Source: an uncultured virus (IMG/VR IMGVR_UViG_3300042898_003763) | Lineage: Duplodnaviria; Heunggongvirae; Uroviricota; Caudoviricetes | IMG/VR virus record: IMGVR_UViG_3300042898_003763 | Strand: one strand, 5' to 3' | Length of the DNA stretch: 64,000 nucleotides | Shown here: positions 55,154 through 64,000 of the stretch, one piece after another | Layout: every line of letters starts with the position of its first letter | Numbering within the stretch: the stretch's first letter is position 1 | Made by a program: the position numbers and the translations under genes | Notes under the pieces: model-generated | Told to the model about the DNA's origin: nothing | What the model saw: only the letters and a program-made list of their open reading frames with translations | Databases searched by the model: none

Positions 55154-56035
55154 TTAAAATTCCTCGATTAATTCCATCATGTTTTTCATTTTGTTTTGAA
55201 TGAAAAAATTTAATAGTTTGCTTTTATCTTTATTCGGCTGACCAACATAACTATTTATAATGTTTTCTTTTACCGGTGCTGGGATGTGCTCAAAACTAAC
55301 TAACATCTTATTGCGTTCATAATTCTTTGCAAATTCTATATCCTGCGGCATTTGATCTTTATCTTTATACCAAATATCCATTTTCTTTTGCATAATAGAC
55401 TTTTGTCTAGTACCGGTTACAATACTATCATCTGCAGACAGTACATTAGGAATACCGTCACCCTTATCACCTTTTATGATATGCTCAAAAATATATTGTT
55501 CAGGGCTTATATCCGGTTTAATAAATTTCTTTTGAATTGGAGAATATTGATGAATGTTTTTCCATTTTTGTAATTGAATAAAATCGTGATCACCTGAAAG
55601 AATCAAAAATGGTTTTGGTTCTCTGAATAATAAAGTCTCCATGTCATTTGATTGTGACCACTCTGCAAGTACCGCAATGACATCATCCGCTTCCGCCCCG
55701 TCAATGTCAATAACTTTATATGGAAAATATGTATGCAGTTCTTCCCGAATCATAGTTAACGCTTCGAAAATTAATTTCCAATCTAGACCAGATTCTTCTC
55801 TAGCTTTTTTTCTGCCGGCTTTATAATATTGGAACTCTTGTCTACGCCAATAGTTTCGATTGTCGCAGGCGATAACCATTTCACCATATTTTGCTCCGAA
55901 CTTTTGATTATATCCTCTGATCGAATTTAAAATCATATGTCGAAGTAACGGTACATCAATGTCAATATCTTTTCGACCACCTACTTCCGCCATCAAATTA
56001 GAAATGGCGGTTTGATTAAAATCTATAACTATCAT
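55154..56035 (-). CDS. rnh: T4-type RNase H / 5'-3' exonuclease
   Basis: IDFNQ, RHMILNS, ACD..NYWR, YKAGRKK, EADDVI, SGDHDFIQLQ, GDKGDGIPN. Confidence 0.95.
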   Translation of the reverse strand: MIVIDFNQTAISNLMAEVGGRKDIDIDVPLLRHMILNSIRGYNQKFGAKYGEMVIACDNRNYWRRQEFQYYKAGRKKAREESGLDWKLIFEALTMIREELHTYFPYKVIDIDGAEADDVIAVLAEWSQSNDMETLLFREPKPFLILSGDHDFIQLQKWKNIHQYSPIQKKFIKPDISPEQYIFEHIIKGDKGDGIPNVLSADDSIVTGTRQKSIMQKKMDIWYKDKDQMPQDIEFAKNYERNKMLVSFEHIPAPVKENIINSYVGQPNKDKSKLLNFFIQNKMKNMMELIEEF

Positions 56036-56046
56036 AATATAATTTC

Positions 56047-56976
56047 CTAAACGGTAAAATCGGTATCCTTAACTGCAATTTCATTTCCAAACGAATCGTA
56101 ATATACTTCACCCGATCTCTGTTTATCTAAATCTGATACATATGGTGTTAATGTATTTCTAACATCTGGATTTAGTGTTAGATTAAAAACTTGATTACCG
56201 CATCCGGACAATAAATTAAACACGATCTGTGTTATCTGCGAAGTAACCGCATTTCGTATAGCTGCTCTATTGATTAGATTTGAAAATGTAAAATTAAAAT
56301 TTGTAACTTCTGCCTGAAACGATGCCAATGCTGTTTGATATGATGTATACCCTACTGCATTCTCAATTTTTAATTTAAGTGCAGCGATAAGATCTCCATT
56401 CTTAAGAGAATCTATTAAATTTTGCAAATCAATATCTGGCACATCTTGATTTGGTGCGCAGCCTGAACCTAGTAGATCCTGTAAAGAACATCCTCCTGCA
56501 GTAGATGCTCCCGATTGTGGGCCTATGCCGGATAATCTATCAGTATAATCTTTATATTTTGTGAATGAACTTATGCCTTCAGTTAATGCAGTTTTCTCCT
56601 CAAGCAAAGAAATTCTTTCTTCAGTACCTAATCCGATAAATCCTAATCTAGCATCAACCGCATCTAATCTTGTTTGCATTACACTTGTCGTGCCCGATAG
56701 TGCGGTACCCAAAGGATTAATATATAATTGATTACCCAATCTTTCCAATATATCGGAATAATCATTTACGGCTCGTTGTGCATCATTAATTGTATTTGTA
56801 ACCTTATCAATTAAATCTTTTACCTCAGTCAATCCAGTGGGAAGCAAACCGGATCGTGCACTTATCATAGGCATACCCTGGCTCAGCTGAGAATATACTT
56901 GCTGAAGTGGGTTGCCACCTATTTGGGATAAAACAATTTTAATTAATTGACAATAGGTTAACTTTAAAACTGACAT
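56047..56976 (-). CDS. Helical hypothetical protein
   Basis: Long ORF in the operon; coiled-coil-like segments. Confidence 0.75.
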   Translation of the reverse strand: MSVLKLTYCQLIKIVLSQIGGNPLQQVYSQLSQGMPMISARSGLLPTGLTEVKDLIDKVTNTINDAQRAVNDYSDILERLGNQLYINPLGTALSGTTSVMQTRLDAVDARLGFIGLGTEERISLLEEKTALTEGISSFTKYKDYTDRLSGIGPQSGASTAGGCSLQDLLGSGCAPNQDVPDIDLQNLIDSLKNGDLIAALKLKIENAVGYTSYQTALASFQAEVTNFNFTFSNLINRAAIRNAVTSQITQIVFNLLSGCGNQVFNLTLNPDVRNTLTPYVSDLDKQRSGEVYYDSFGNEIAVKDTDFTV

Positions 56977-56979
56977 CTA

Positions 56980-58116
56980 TTACCTCACCACTTTTAGAAT
57001 TATTGTTTCTATATTTATCCTACCATTTACTTCTTGTTCTTTGGATTTAATACTATCAATAAATGTTCTAAGTTTTACTTTGCCCGATGCCAATAAGTCT
57101 TTAAGTTGTTCGTCGGGTTTACGCAATGTTTTTTGCTTAGATTTTTCCGGAGTCCAATTTTGTAATGTGGATCCTTTTACTGTCATACCTTTTGTAGATT
57201 CGGAAGTATATACTGCAAGCTTTCTTGTTTTAGTATTAAACAACCATACTTGAGCTGCACCAATAATATCAATAGGACGTTCTGATTCAAGTTTAAGTTC
57301 TTCATCCTTCATTTTATATTTTACCGATTTAACTTGTATTGCTGGAGGTTTTTCTCTAACTGCTTGAACTTTGCGATTGGCTTTTTTAAATTGACCATAC
57401 TTATCGCAATCTTCAATGAAAGTTTCAAACAGCTTAACTATGTTTTTTAATTTTCTCTTATTGATATTGGAATAGCCTTCAATCAATTGAGAATCCTCGC
57501 CGTCAGCTACAGATGAATATTCCGATAACTTAGATTCCGCCCATACTTTAACATCTGGTACGTAAGGCGCAGGGATTTGCTTACCCTTTAAATCTGCATA
57601 AAGTGAGAAGTCTTTATCGTCAAAAATATATTCATCGATTGACCCTTCCAAATCACCGATATATTCTTTTGCTTTTAATTTAGTAGCTTCTTGAATATTG
57701 ATACTGGGTACAATCGATTGTTTTGTTACTTCCGGTTGAATCTTTTTTTCTTCAGTAAACTTACTTAGCAATTGTGTAATATTATCTTCAAGCCGTTTAG
57801 TATGATCGTTGGATACACTACCACCTCGAATGATAATACGAGCAATCCATCCTAAGGTGGTAGTGATACTACCCTCATCTACTTTTTGAAATAGCTTATA
57901 GTCTTTATTTCTAAACTTCTTAACATAGTCCAAATAATACTTATAAGCATCACTACGTTTCTTTTCTGCACTGTACCAATTAAATACTACTTGAATTTCT
58001 TCCTTATACGATGCAGACTCCCCTTCCAATTTACCATACGCGGGCTCTGCTCCGGTAAGCATACTGGCAGCAGCTTTTGATGCAATAGTATTAGTAGTAT
58101 TTTTTCTGGTAGCCAT
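56980..58116 (-). CDS. Conserved hypothetical protein of T4-like phages
   Basis: QLIEGYS, IIGA..VW.FNTKTRKL..Y, VKGSTL, KTLRKP.EQL, NGRIN..TIILKV. Confidence 0.8.
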   Translation of the reverse strand: MATRKNTTNTIASKAAASMLTGAEPAYGKLEGESASYKEEIQVVFNWYSAEKKRSDAYKYYLDYVKKFRNKDYKLFQKVDEGSITTTLGWIARIIIRGGSVSNDHTKRLEDNITQLLSKFTEEKKIQPEVTKQSIVPSINIQEATKLKAKEYIGDLEGSIDEYIFDDKDFSLYADLKGKQIPAPYVPDVKVWAESKLSEYSSVADGEDSQLIEGYSNINKRKLKNIVKLFETFIEDCDKYGQFKKANRKVQAVREKPPAIQVKSVKYKMKDEELKLESERPIDIIGAAQVWLFNTKTRKLAVYTSESTKGMTVKGSTLQNWTPEKSKQKTLRKPDEQLKDLLASGKVKLRTFIDSIKSKEQEVNGRINIETIILKVVR

Positions 58117-58437
58117 TTACATTCCTATAGAAAATTTAATATCGGTAATTGCGTCGAATCTAAAAGAGCGCCATTCTTTCTTTTCTAAATCGAATACAGA
58201 CAACACCGACTCGTTTTCTTTGCGAATTCGGGATGTCTTCTTTTCATAAGTAGGAATTTTGTTTTCGATTAGAGTACATTTCATTTCCCTAATAGTATCA
58301 TCTTTCTTCTTAAAAGTCAAGTTAACTATAGAAAGAGTTAACACATTCTTAATCCATTCACGGAATAGTTGTTGTTCCTTTTCTTCTGCTTTAGCATACC
58401 ATTCGTACGGGTGCTCAAATGTCGATTTCGAATTCAT
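58117..58437 (-). CDS. WYL_2/SH3-like beta-barrel protein
   Basis: LTFKKKD.TIREM.CTL and VFDLEK.EWRSFR.D. Confidence 0.8.
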   Translation of the reverse strand: MNSKSTFEHPYEWYAKAEEKEQQLFREWIKNVLTLSIVNLTFKKKDDTIREMKCTLIENKIPTYEKKTSRIRKENESVLSVFDLEKKEWRSFRFDAITDIKFSIGM

Positions 58438-59515
58438 TTTTAACTGCCTCCAAGATTGTCTCTACACGATTGTCTACATGATTATTATAACAGGAAACTT
58501 CGTGTCTGTCAAGCACTCCTTTGGGTCCTCGACTATCAAACAAATCATTTGCTCGTTTGGTTATTTCTTGTGGATTTTGAATATCATAATAATCGTAAAA
58601 TAATACATGATCCCACAAATCTATAATATTTTTATGATATTTTACTGATCTAGGGATAATGGGAATACCGCCAGTAATTAATGCATCATATATTCTAATA
58701 GGGGCATCATTTAATACAGGCACAATCCAATGAGATTTATGCGAACACCATTCTGTAAATCTTTCTAGAATATCCCGTCCGTGGTAAGAGCCATCTACAA
58801 GTTTAACACTTGTTAAATGTTGATTTAATATTTTTAAATTCTTTTGCCTTAGAGGAAATTGCGGATATTCTATATGTGTACCCAATGGCGCATCTGATCT
58901 TTTGGTTTTTACAATAATGTTTTTATTTTCTTTCAGAAAATCCTTAGACCATTGAATTGTACCTGAGGAAACAGGGCCGGCCATCACATTATTATATCTG
59001 GATAATATTTCTAAATTATCGCTATGGGTTGGTACGTAAAGATCGCAACATGCTGCAAGTACACCAGATAATGCAAACCAATGATGATTGTCAAAATCCC
59101 AAATTACAAATATTGACGTTGGTGAATTTAAATATAGTGCAATAAATTTATCTAACGTATTATCAACCATAACATTATTATTACTTAAAATAATAATGGA
59201 GTTTTCAAAACTATCTGGCGCCGTTTGCATATTGAAAAAATTAATTTTTGAATTAATTGGTTTATGCGTCACTGCATGAAAAATATGATCAGTAATATAA
59301 ATCTGTTTACTGTAGTTTGCTTTAATTGTTTCTTTTAATTGGCGATTACGAATATTTTTAGTAACAATCATATTGTAAATATCATCATTTTGCGAGATTG
59401 CGCTAGATGATGCGATATGTTGAGCAATTTGATTGGCTGCTGCATTCGCTCTACCTATTAGTTCGGGCAAAGCGGGCATAGAAGTATTCGCCGGCATATT
59501 ATAAAATACCGACAT
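58415..59515 (-). CDS. Glycosyltransferase-like protein
   Basis: WDFDNHHW, DLYVPTH and C-terminal PIRIYDALITGGIPII motif. Confidence 0.6.
   Translation of the reverse strand: MSVFYNMPANTSMPALPELIGRANAAANQIAQHIASSSAISQNDDIYNMIVTKNIRNRQLKETIKANYSKQIYITDHIFHAVTHKPINSKINFFNMQTAPDSFENSIIILSNNNVMVDNTLDKFIALYLNSPTSIFVIWDFDNHHWFALSGVLAACCDLYVPTHSDNLEILSRYNNVMAGPVSSGTIQWSKDFLKENKNIIVKTKRSDAPLGTHIEYPQFPLRQKNLKILNQHLTSVKLVDGSYHGRDILERFTEWCSHKSHWIVPVLNDAPIRIYDALITGGIPIIPRSVKYHKNIIDLWDHVLFYDYYDIQNPQEITKRANDLFDSRGPKGVLDRHEVSCYNNHVDNRVETILEAVKNEFEIDI
58484..58512 (-). promoter_or_regulatory. Consensus sigma70 promoter embedded in a CDS
   Basis: TTGACA-N17-TATAAT with extended -10, 47 nt upstream of the 58437 ATG. 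Confidence 0.8.
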
Positions 59516-59688
59516 TATCGTCCTCGCCCAGCTTTTCTCACAATAGCTTTATTGATAGTGTTCACATGCTTAGGTCTTGCAGCAACAAGCATCTGTTCAA
59601 GATCTACCATTGTTTTAGAATGTAGTTTAGGTTTACCTGTTTTAGTTTTGTTTGGATCTCTTGCGGCAGTACCTTTTTTTGTAGACAT
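59515..59688 (-). CDS. 57-aa basic protein (not in track)
   Basis: GAGGAG RBS; MSTKKGTAARDPNKTKTGKPKL...RKAGRGR*; TAATG overlap with the next gene. Confidence 0.75.
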   Translation of the reverse strand: MSTKKGTAARDPNKTKTGKPKLHSKTMVDLEQMLVAARPKHVNTINKAIVRKAGRGR

Positions 59689-59698
59689 TAATTTCTCC

Positions 59699-60415
59699 TC
59701 AGTTTAATATACCAACACTTTCCATAAATTTTAAATTACGTTGAGTGTCTTCCCAATTTTTAATATTATAAATGCTTCCCAATTTTTTGTCAATTATGAC
59801 TTTGCCTAACGGCCAATCGTTACCTACGACATCCATCCTATCACCAAAGAAATGGATATCCGTATCTGTAATATATTTTAGGACCTGTGACTTATCGCAA
59901 CCCTTTTCAAAAATATCAATACCAGTTTCTCCGCCTACGACTGCTTGCACATTATCCCACGTGCTATTAATATATTTGCAAATACTTGCTCGCTCTTGAT
60001 GCTGTAAATCCCAATGGTAGTAATGATCTCGTTGTGCACCAATTGCGCCCCTACCCACAACAGAAAAATTTAGCATACCTATTCGGTTTTCTAAATGATT
60101 CCCATATCTAAATGTATACTTAGAATTTGATAATACCTCTTCGAGGTATTCTTTTAGATCACTAGGGCAAGACCAGGCAGACTGGTAAATTAATTTGCCT
60201 TGTTTATATATCGCATTGCCGGAACAATTGAAGGAGTACTCAACACTATGTACTATATCTTCGCCTAATTGTTCTAATGTTTTTTGAAGATCAGATCCGG
60301 TGACTAGCGCCACCGGATTCTGTTTAATGAAGTTTAAAAACCATAGTTTAAATTCATGATCCATTTTGCCTCTGCTTGGTGTCAGAGTACCATCCACATC
60401 AAATATAAAATACAT
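59699..60415 (-). CDS. HAD-IIB phosphomannomutase-like protein
   Basis: FDVDGTLTPSR, VTGSD, E.R.GMLNFSVVGR, GGETGIDI, FFGD....GND. Confidence 0.85.
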   Translation of the reverse strand: MYFIFDVDGTLTPSRGKMDHEFKLWFLNFIKQNPVALVTGSDLQKTLEQLGEDIVHSVEYSFNCSGNAIYKQGKLIYQSAWSCPSDLKEYLEEVLSNSKYTFRYGNHLENRIGMLNFSVVGRGAIGAQRDHYYHWDLQHQERASICKYINSTWDNVQAVVGGETGIDIFEKGCDKSQVLKYITDTDIHFFGDRMDVVGNDWPLGKVIIDKKLGSIYNIKNWEDTQRNLKFMESVGILN

Positions 60416-60427
60416 AATTATTTGTTA

Positions 60428-60700
60428 TTAATCTTTATCTGACGATTCTTCTTTCTTATCTTTATTCAGAGCAGAAATACCTAGAACCGCACCCATTGCC
60501 ATATGAAAAAATCCACCACCCTGCAGTGTTAATGGTGCCCATTGTCTAAAGGCATCATTTGCCGCTTCGTTTTCCCAAAATTGTATCGCACTCCATAAAA
60601 CGGGTGCACCCATAAAATCAAATAAGCAAATTAACATATAGGTAACACCCATCCAAGCTTTCCAGTTATTCTCCATAAATTCTTTATCAAATTTAACCAT
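60428..60700 (-). CDS. Small membrane protein, holin-like (GTA 3TM-holin type)
   Basis: W...MG..YM.IC.FDF..AP.LW and WAPLTLQGGG.FH.AMGAVLG. Confidence 0.65.
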   Translation of the reverse strand: MVKFDKEFMENNWKAWMGVTYMLICLFDFMGAPVLWSAIQFWENEAANDAFRQWAPLTLQGGGFFHMAMGAVLGISALNKDKKEESSDKD

Positions 60701-60756
60701 ACTACCTCCTTGTTGTTATTATTATAGTTATAACAAAGAGCATGCTCAAAATTTTA

Positions 60757-61701
60757 TTAATTTATACTTATCCAAACAGTTCCGTTATATACCATTAACT
60801 TATTGGTTGATGTATCAAAAAACATTGCGCCAGGTATAAAATTATTCACTGAAGTAAATGCTGTGTTTGCGTTAGCTTGATTCGCATAAGTTGGCATTGA
60901 TATCGTTTTAATATTAGTATCGGATGATTCTAGTAAAGCGATCGCAGTCGCATTAGATCCAACAACAATATTTGCATTTGCGCCGACACTATTATTTGCA
61001 TTAATTGTAATATTTGGAGATGAACTATATCCACCAGTACCGGCATTTACAAGAATAATACGATCAATATAACCATACCCTAAATTAGCACCAAACACAG
61101 CATTTTGTCCAACATTGCCGTCTAAACGATTGACTATAATATTTGGAGCTTGGAGATAACCATTTCCATTATCTAGAATAGTAAAGCCTGCAACCAAATT
61201 AGCAACAATGATTGGTGCAATGTTTGCATGTCTACCTCCAGAAACTAACGTTCCTCCAGACACGGTAACATTTGCACGACCGTAATTATTACCTAAACCA
61301 AAATCCCCGTAAATTTCTTTTAATTTATAGTGTATAACTAAATTAGCAATAGCGCCGGTTGAACTTTGATTTTCTATTACTACATTCGATAATGCCGAGT
61401 AGTTATTCCCCGAGGTTAGTACAGAAATCGATCCTAATTTATTAAATGTACCAAAAAAGTTAGGTATTACATTTCCAGTAGCTGTAGCAGTGAATTGATC
61501 GATGTTCAACAATCCGGTAATCGCAGATGTTTTATCGGCATTAGATAGTATTGAAGTAACGCCGTTAGGAATAGATATAAGTAGATCTACATTAGATCTA
61601 CTTTCGGTATTAGCAATTCCTCCTAAATTTTTAGCAGTAGTTATCCCCATCTGCGATAGGGTTTTTACTAAAGATCGTTTTTGTTTTAATTTTGTTGCCA
61701 T
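60757..61701 (-). CDS. Probable virion decoration protein paralogous to the gp18 insertion
   Basis: About 144-aa segment colinear with the sheath insertion; C-term GAMFFDTSTNKLMVYNGTVW. Confidence 0.8.
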   Translation of the reverse strand: MATKLKQKRSLVKTLSQMGITTAKNLGGIANTESRSNVDLLISIPNGVTSILSNADKTSAITGLLNIDQFTATATGNVIPNFFGTFNKLGSISVLTSGNNYSALSNVVIENQSSTGAIANLVIHYKLKEIYGDFGLGNNYGRANVTVSGGTLVSGGRHANIAPIIVANLVAGFTILDNGNGYLQAPNIIVNRLDGNVGQNAVFGANLGYGYIDRIILVNAGTGGYSSSPNITINANNSVGANANIVVGSNATAIALLESSDTNIKTISMPTYANQANANTAFTSVNNFIPGAMFFDTSTNKLMVYNGTVWISIN

Positions 61702-61710
61702 TTATTTGCC

Positions 61711-62082
61711 TTATTTTTTTATAGCAGGCTTTTTGGGTTGTCCTGTATTCGGAGCCGGCTTTTTACCAGATTGCTTATTCGCATTTGTATTAGCTTTTGG
61801 CTTATAATACTTTTTTCTTGGTTTTTCTTGCGTAGTTGGTTGTTTTACTGATTCTGCAGGGGCAGAAGGTGCAATTTTAGCATCTACTGTGTCAACTACA
61901 ATTGGTTTTTCTTCAACTACCGGTTGCGGTGGTTCTACATACGTAGAAACTGGTTCTCCCGTATACTTATTTGTGGCAGAATCCAACGGATGTGTCTTTT
62001 CGTCATCGGGTGTTTTCAGAAAAGTATAACTAATAAATACCGCAATTCCTAAAGCGATAATAGCAATGATGATAAGTTCCAT
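61711..62082 (-). CDS. N-terminally membrane-anchored Pro/Lys-rich protein
   Basis: Hydrophobic N-terminus, low-complexity tail, GGAG RBS. Confidence 0.75.
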   Translation of the reverse strand: MELIIIAIIALGIAVFISYTFLKTPDDEKTHPLDSATNKYTGEPVSTYVEPPQPVVEEKPIVVDTVDAKIAPSAPAESVKQPTTQEKPRKKYYKPKANTNANKQSGKKPAPNTGQPKKPAIKK

Positions 62083-62137
62083 ATTTTCTCCAATTTCAGT
62101 TTGTAATTTCGCAATTCATTATGATTAGCGACTACAT

Positions 62138-62145
62138 TATTTATA
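62138..62145 (-). promoter_or_regulatory. Late promoter TATAAATA
   Basis: Exact consensus in the intergenic region upstream of 62082. Confidence 0.7.
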
Positions 62146-62158
62146 TTCTCAAATACTT

Positions 62159-62638
62159 TTAATTTTTTACGAATTCGTTGGCAGATTCCATGTACCAATA
62201 TGGTTTCGGGTAATCATCATAGGTTTTTATGGTAAATCTAGTCGGCATATGGGCGTGCAGACGAAATTTTGAAGATGTTTTGTCTAATTGAATAGATTCG
62301 TATTGTGTTTTTGTTAGGTATCCTAACCAACAAATAGATAATGTGCTATAAGGACCATATCCAAAAGAATTAGTTTCATATGTATCTTCATAATATCCGA
62401 TTGGCTTTATCGGAGCAGAAAAATCAATACCAATTTCTTCAAATATTTTTCGACGAGCGGCTTGTTCTGCCCCCTCGCCTTTATGTATCCTACCACCAAT
62501 AGGCCAGTAAATGCCTTTACATGGTTCTTCCTTTCTCTTAATAAGCAAGTACTTATGATCGTATCTTAAAAGTACATCTACGCATAGATTTACAGAGTTT
62601 TCGAGTATTTGCTTATACAGAGAATCTTCAATATACAT
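62159..62638 (-). CDS. Nudix hydrolase (GDP-mannose mannosyl hydrolase-like)
   Basis: CVDVLL, LLIKR..EP.KG.YWPIGGRIHKGE....AARR...EEIG Nudix box. Confidence 0.85.
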   Translation of the reverse strand: MYIEDSLYKQILENSVNLCVDVLLRYDHKYLLIKRKEEPCKGIYWPIGGRIHKGEGAEQAARRKIFEEIGIDFSAPIKPIGYYEDTYETNSFGYGPYSTLSICWLGYLTKTQYESIQLDKTSSKFRLHAHMPTRFTIKTYDDYPKPYWYMESANEFVKN

Positions 62639-62829
62639 TATTCGCCGCCATAGTATTCAATTAGTTTGGACATATATTTTATTAGCTTTTTGTGCATACG
62701 TATATCTTCCTCATGCATCCATAGTCCACCCGCATAGTCTTCTAATTGCATTCTTAGATTGCTTCTGGCATTAATAAGATTTGCCATTGTAATTTCATCT
62801 GCTACTTCATTCGAAATAGTTATTGGCAT
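62638..62829 (-). CDS. Hypothetical protein
   Basis: Stop/start overlaps on both sides. Confidence 0.7.
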   Translation of the reverse strand: MPITISNEVADEITMANLINARSNLRMQLEDYAGGLWMHEEDIRMHKKLIKYMSKLIEYYGGE

Positions 62830-63080
62830 TAGTCTACTCCAAAGTGTTTTTTAATTTGCAGCACCAATTGATCTGACGGAAGATTTATTAAAAATCCCGG
62901 TGTTATATTTTGCGATTTATATATGGCGGTAATACATTCTTGTATGATCAACTCGGCGAACTTTGTATCATACGATTCTGAATACACTTTCAATGCTTGT
63001 TCTCGGTCTGTGATTTTAATCATAGCATCAAGAGAATGTTGTTTAGCCTGTTCAGCAAGTTCTCCAATTCGTTCGTTCAT
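62829..63080 (-). CDS. MNER...KFAELI..EC...HFGV family protein, copy 1
   Basis: Paralog of 63657-63890. Confidence 0.8.
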   Translation of the reverse strand: MNERIGELAEQAKQHSLDAMIKITDREQALKVYSESYDTKFAELIIQECITAIYKSQNITPGFLINLPSDQLVLQIKKHFGVD

Positions 63081-63172
63081 TCACTTCTCCCATACAAGTA
63101 TCCAAGAAAAAAGCACCAAGCAGCCAATGCTATTACAAATAACGTCATTCCTAGATCGTAGTTATTCATCAT
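63077..63172 (-). CDS. 31-aa membrane peptide (not in track)
   Basis: MMNNYDLGMTLFVIALAAWCFFLGYLYGRSE*; coupled to both neighbours. Confidence 0.65.
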   Translation of the reverse strand: MMNNYDLGMTLFVIALAAWCFFLGYLYGRSE

Positions 63173-63546
63173 CACTCCGGTTCAAACATAATATGTTCCA
63201 TCTCATGTAGCAAACGTCCTGCCTCATTGTAATCATGGTCATAAATGGCTTTTTCTATACGTCTGAAGTGAGGTCTAAACTCACCAAATACACCTTCAAT
63301 CACCTGACGCTTGGTTCGCATTATAGCATTCTCAAGCGCATCCTCATAATCATAATCAGAAACTACTGCCTGCGACCCTATCTTACATCCAATACGATAT
63401 ACCTTACCAATATCTGTAGGAGTTGTAACTTGTTGTATTTCTTCTTTGGCTGAAAATATATCTTGGAACAGAGGTGATAACTTATGTGGAATATATTTGC
63501 GCTCACCTGTGTCTGTGGCTATAATTGCTTTACTTAATTGGCTCAT
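63172..63546 (-). CDS. Hypothetical protein
   Basis: GGAG RBS; tight packing. Confidence 0.75.
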   Translation of the reverse strand: MSQLSKAIIATDTGERKYIPHKLSPLFQDIFSAKEEIQQVTTPTDIGKVYRIGCKIGSQAVVSDYDYEDALENAIMRTKRQVIEGVFGEFRPHFRRIEKAIYDHDYNEAGRLLHEMEHIMFEPE

Positions 63547-63549
63547 TCT

Positions 63550-63660
63550 TCAACTCCACAAGTATTTTATCATTGAGGCTATAGCCAGCAAATAGGTTAG
63601 ACCTTTGCCAATTGCAAATATACCTACCCACCACATTTCCATTTTATATTCTGGCATCAT
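63550..63660 (-). CDS. 36-aa membrane peptide (not in track)
   Basis: MMPEYKMEMWWVGIFAIGKGLTYLLAIASMIKYLWS*; ATGA overlap. Confidence 0.65.
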   Translation of the reverse strand: MMPEYKMEMWWVGIFAIGKGLTYLLAIASMIKYLWS

Positions 63661-63890
63661 TCAACTCCAAAATGTTCAGCAATAAATTGTTTAACAGTAA
63701 TTGCACCCGATGCTTCAACATCACAATCATGAGTCACAAAACTCATCTCTGTGACTTCACACATACGCATACATTCAGCGACAATCAATTCCGCAAACTT
63801 TTTACACTCTGGCATATCCCAATGACCTATACCAAAACTATCTGGAAGATAACCTGCCTCGAGAGCAAGTTGTTTGAGTCGTTCGTTCAT
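63657..63890 (-). CDS. MNER...KFAELI..EC...HFGV family protein, copy 2
   Basis: Paralog of 62829-63080. Confidence 0.8.
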   Translation of the reverse strand: MNERLKQLALEAGYLPDSFGIGHWDMPECKKFAELIVAECMRMCEVTEMSFVTHDCDVEASGAITVKQFIAEHFGVE

Positions 63891-64000
63891 TCTTTTACCT
63901 CAATCAAAGTACCTAAAGAAATCAACACATCAGCAAACATTGATAATGCCTCTTCAATCTCATCATCTGTTAAAAAGTCTTTCAATGACGATCCTTTCTG
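63887..64000 (-). CDS. 3' end of a gene truncated by the window edge
   Basis: Open frame QKGSSLKDFLTDDEIEEAL...EVKE* with ATGA overlap. Confidence 0.6.
   Translation of the reverse strand, partial: QKGSSLKDFLTDDEIEEALSMFADVLISLGTLIEVKE

Noticed and set aside
2822..63453. Many short opposite-strand or nested ORFs in the track (e.g. 13242-13709, 22302-22766, 26194-26706, 51454-51915)
   Set aside because: They lie within well-supported genes, lack RBSs or recognisable motifs, and are expected antisense shadows in codon-biased DNA.
1..64000. Alternative genetic code or stop-codon reassignment
   Set aside because: Core genes translate full-length under the standard bacterial code with dense packing.

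Overview
64-kb segment of a large, AT-rich T4-like myovirus genome, with most genes on the minus strand. Positions 1-35.8 kb hold virion morphogenesis genes: gp19, gp18, gp17, gp16, gp15, gp14, gp13, a fibre/accessory block, gp8, gp7-like, gp6, gp25, gp5, gp53 and gp48, then divergently gp4, gp2, a gp54-like gene, gp26/gp51 and a probable tape measure. Positions 35.8-64 kb hold replication/transcription genes (gp32, gp59, gp33, DNA ligase, RNase H, DsbA) mixed with auxiliary genes. These include heme oxygenase plus a ferredoxin-dependent bilin reductase, two 2OG-Fe(II) oxygenases, a circularly permuted two-piece tmRNA, a GH19 endolysin, PhoH, PstS plus an OprO/P porin behind a Pho-box-like array, and a four-gene nucleotide-sugar cluster. 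The strongest signals missed by the ORF track are two candidate programmed -1 ribosomal frameshifts. One (A AAA AAG plus a hairpin/pseudoknot at about 54.6 kb) would append an amphipathic membrane-targeting-like helix to a conserved protein. The other would fuse gp26 to gp51 just upstream of the tape measure, like lambda G/GT. All calls come from motif recognition by eye; no database searches were run.
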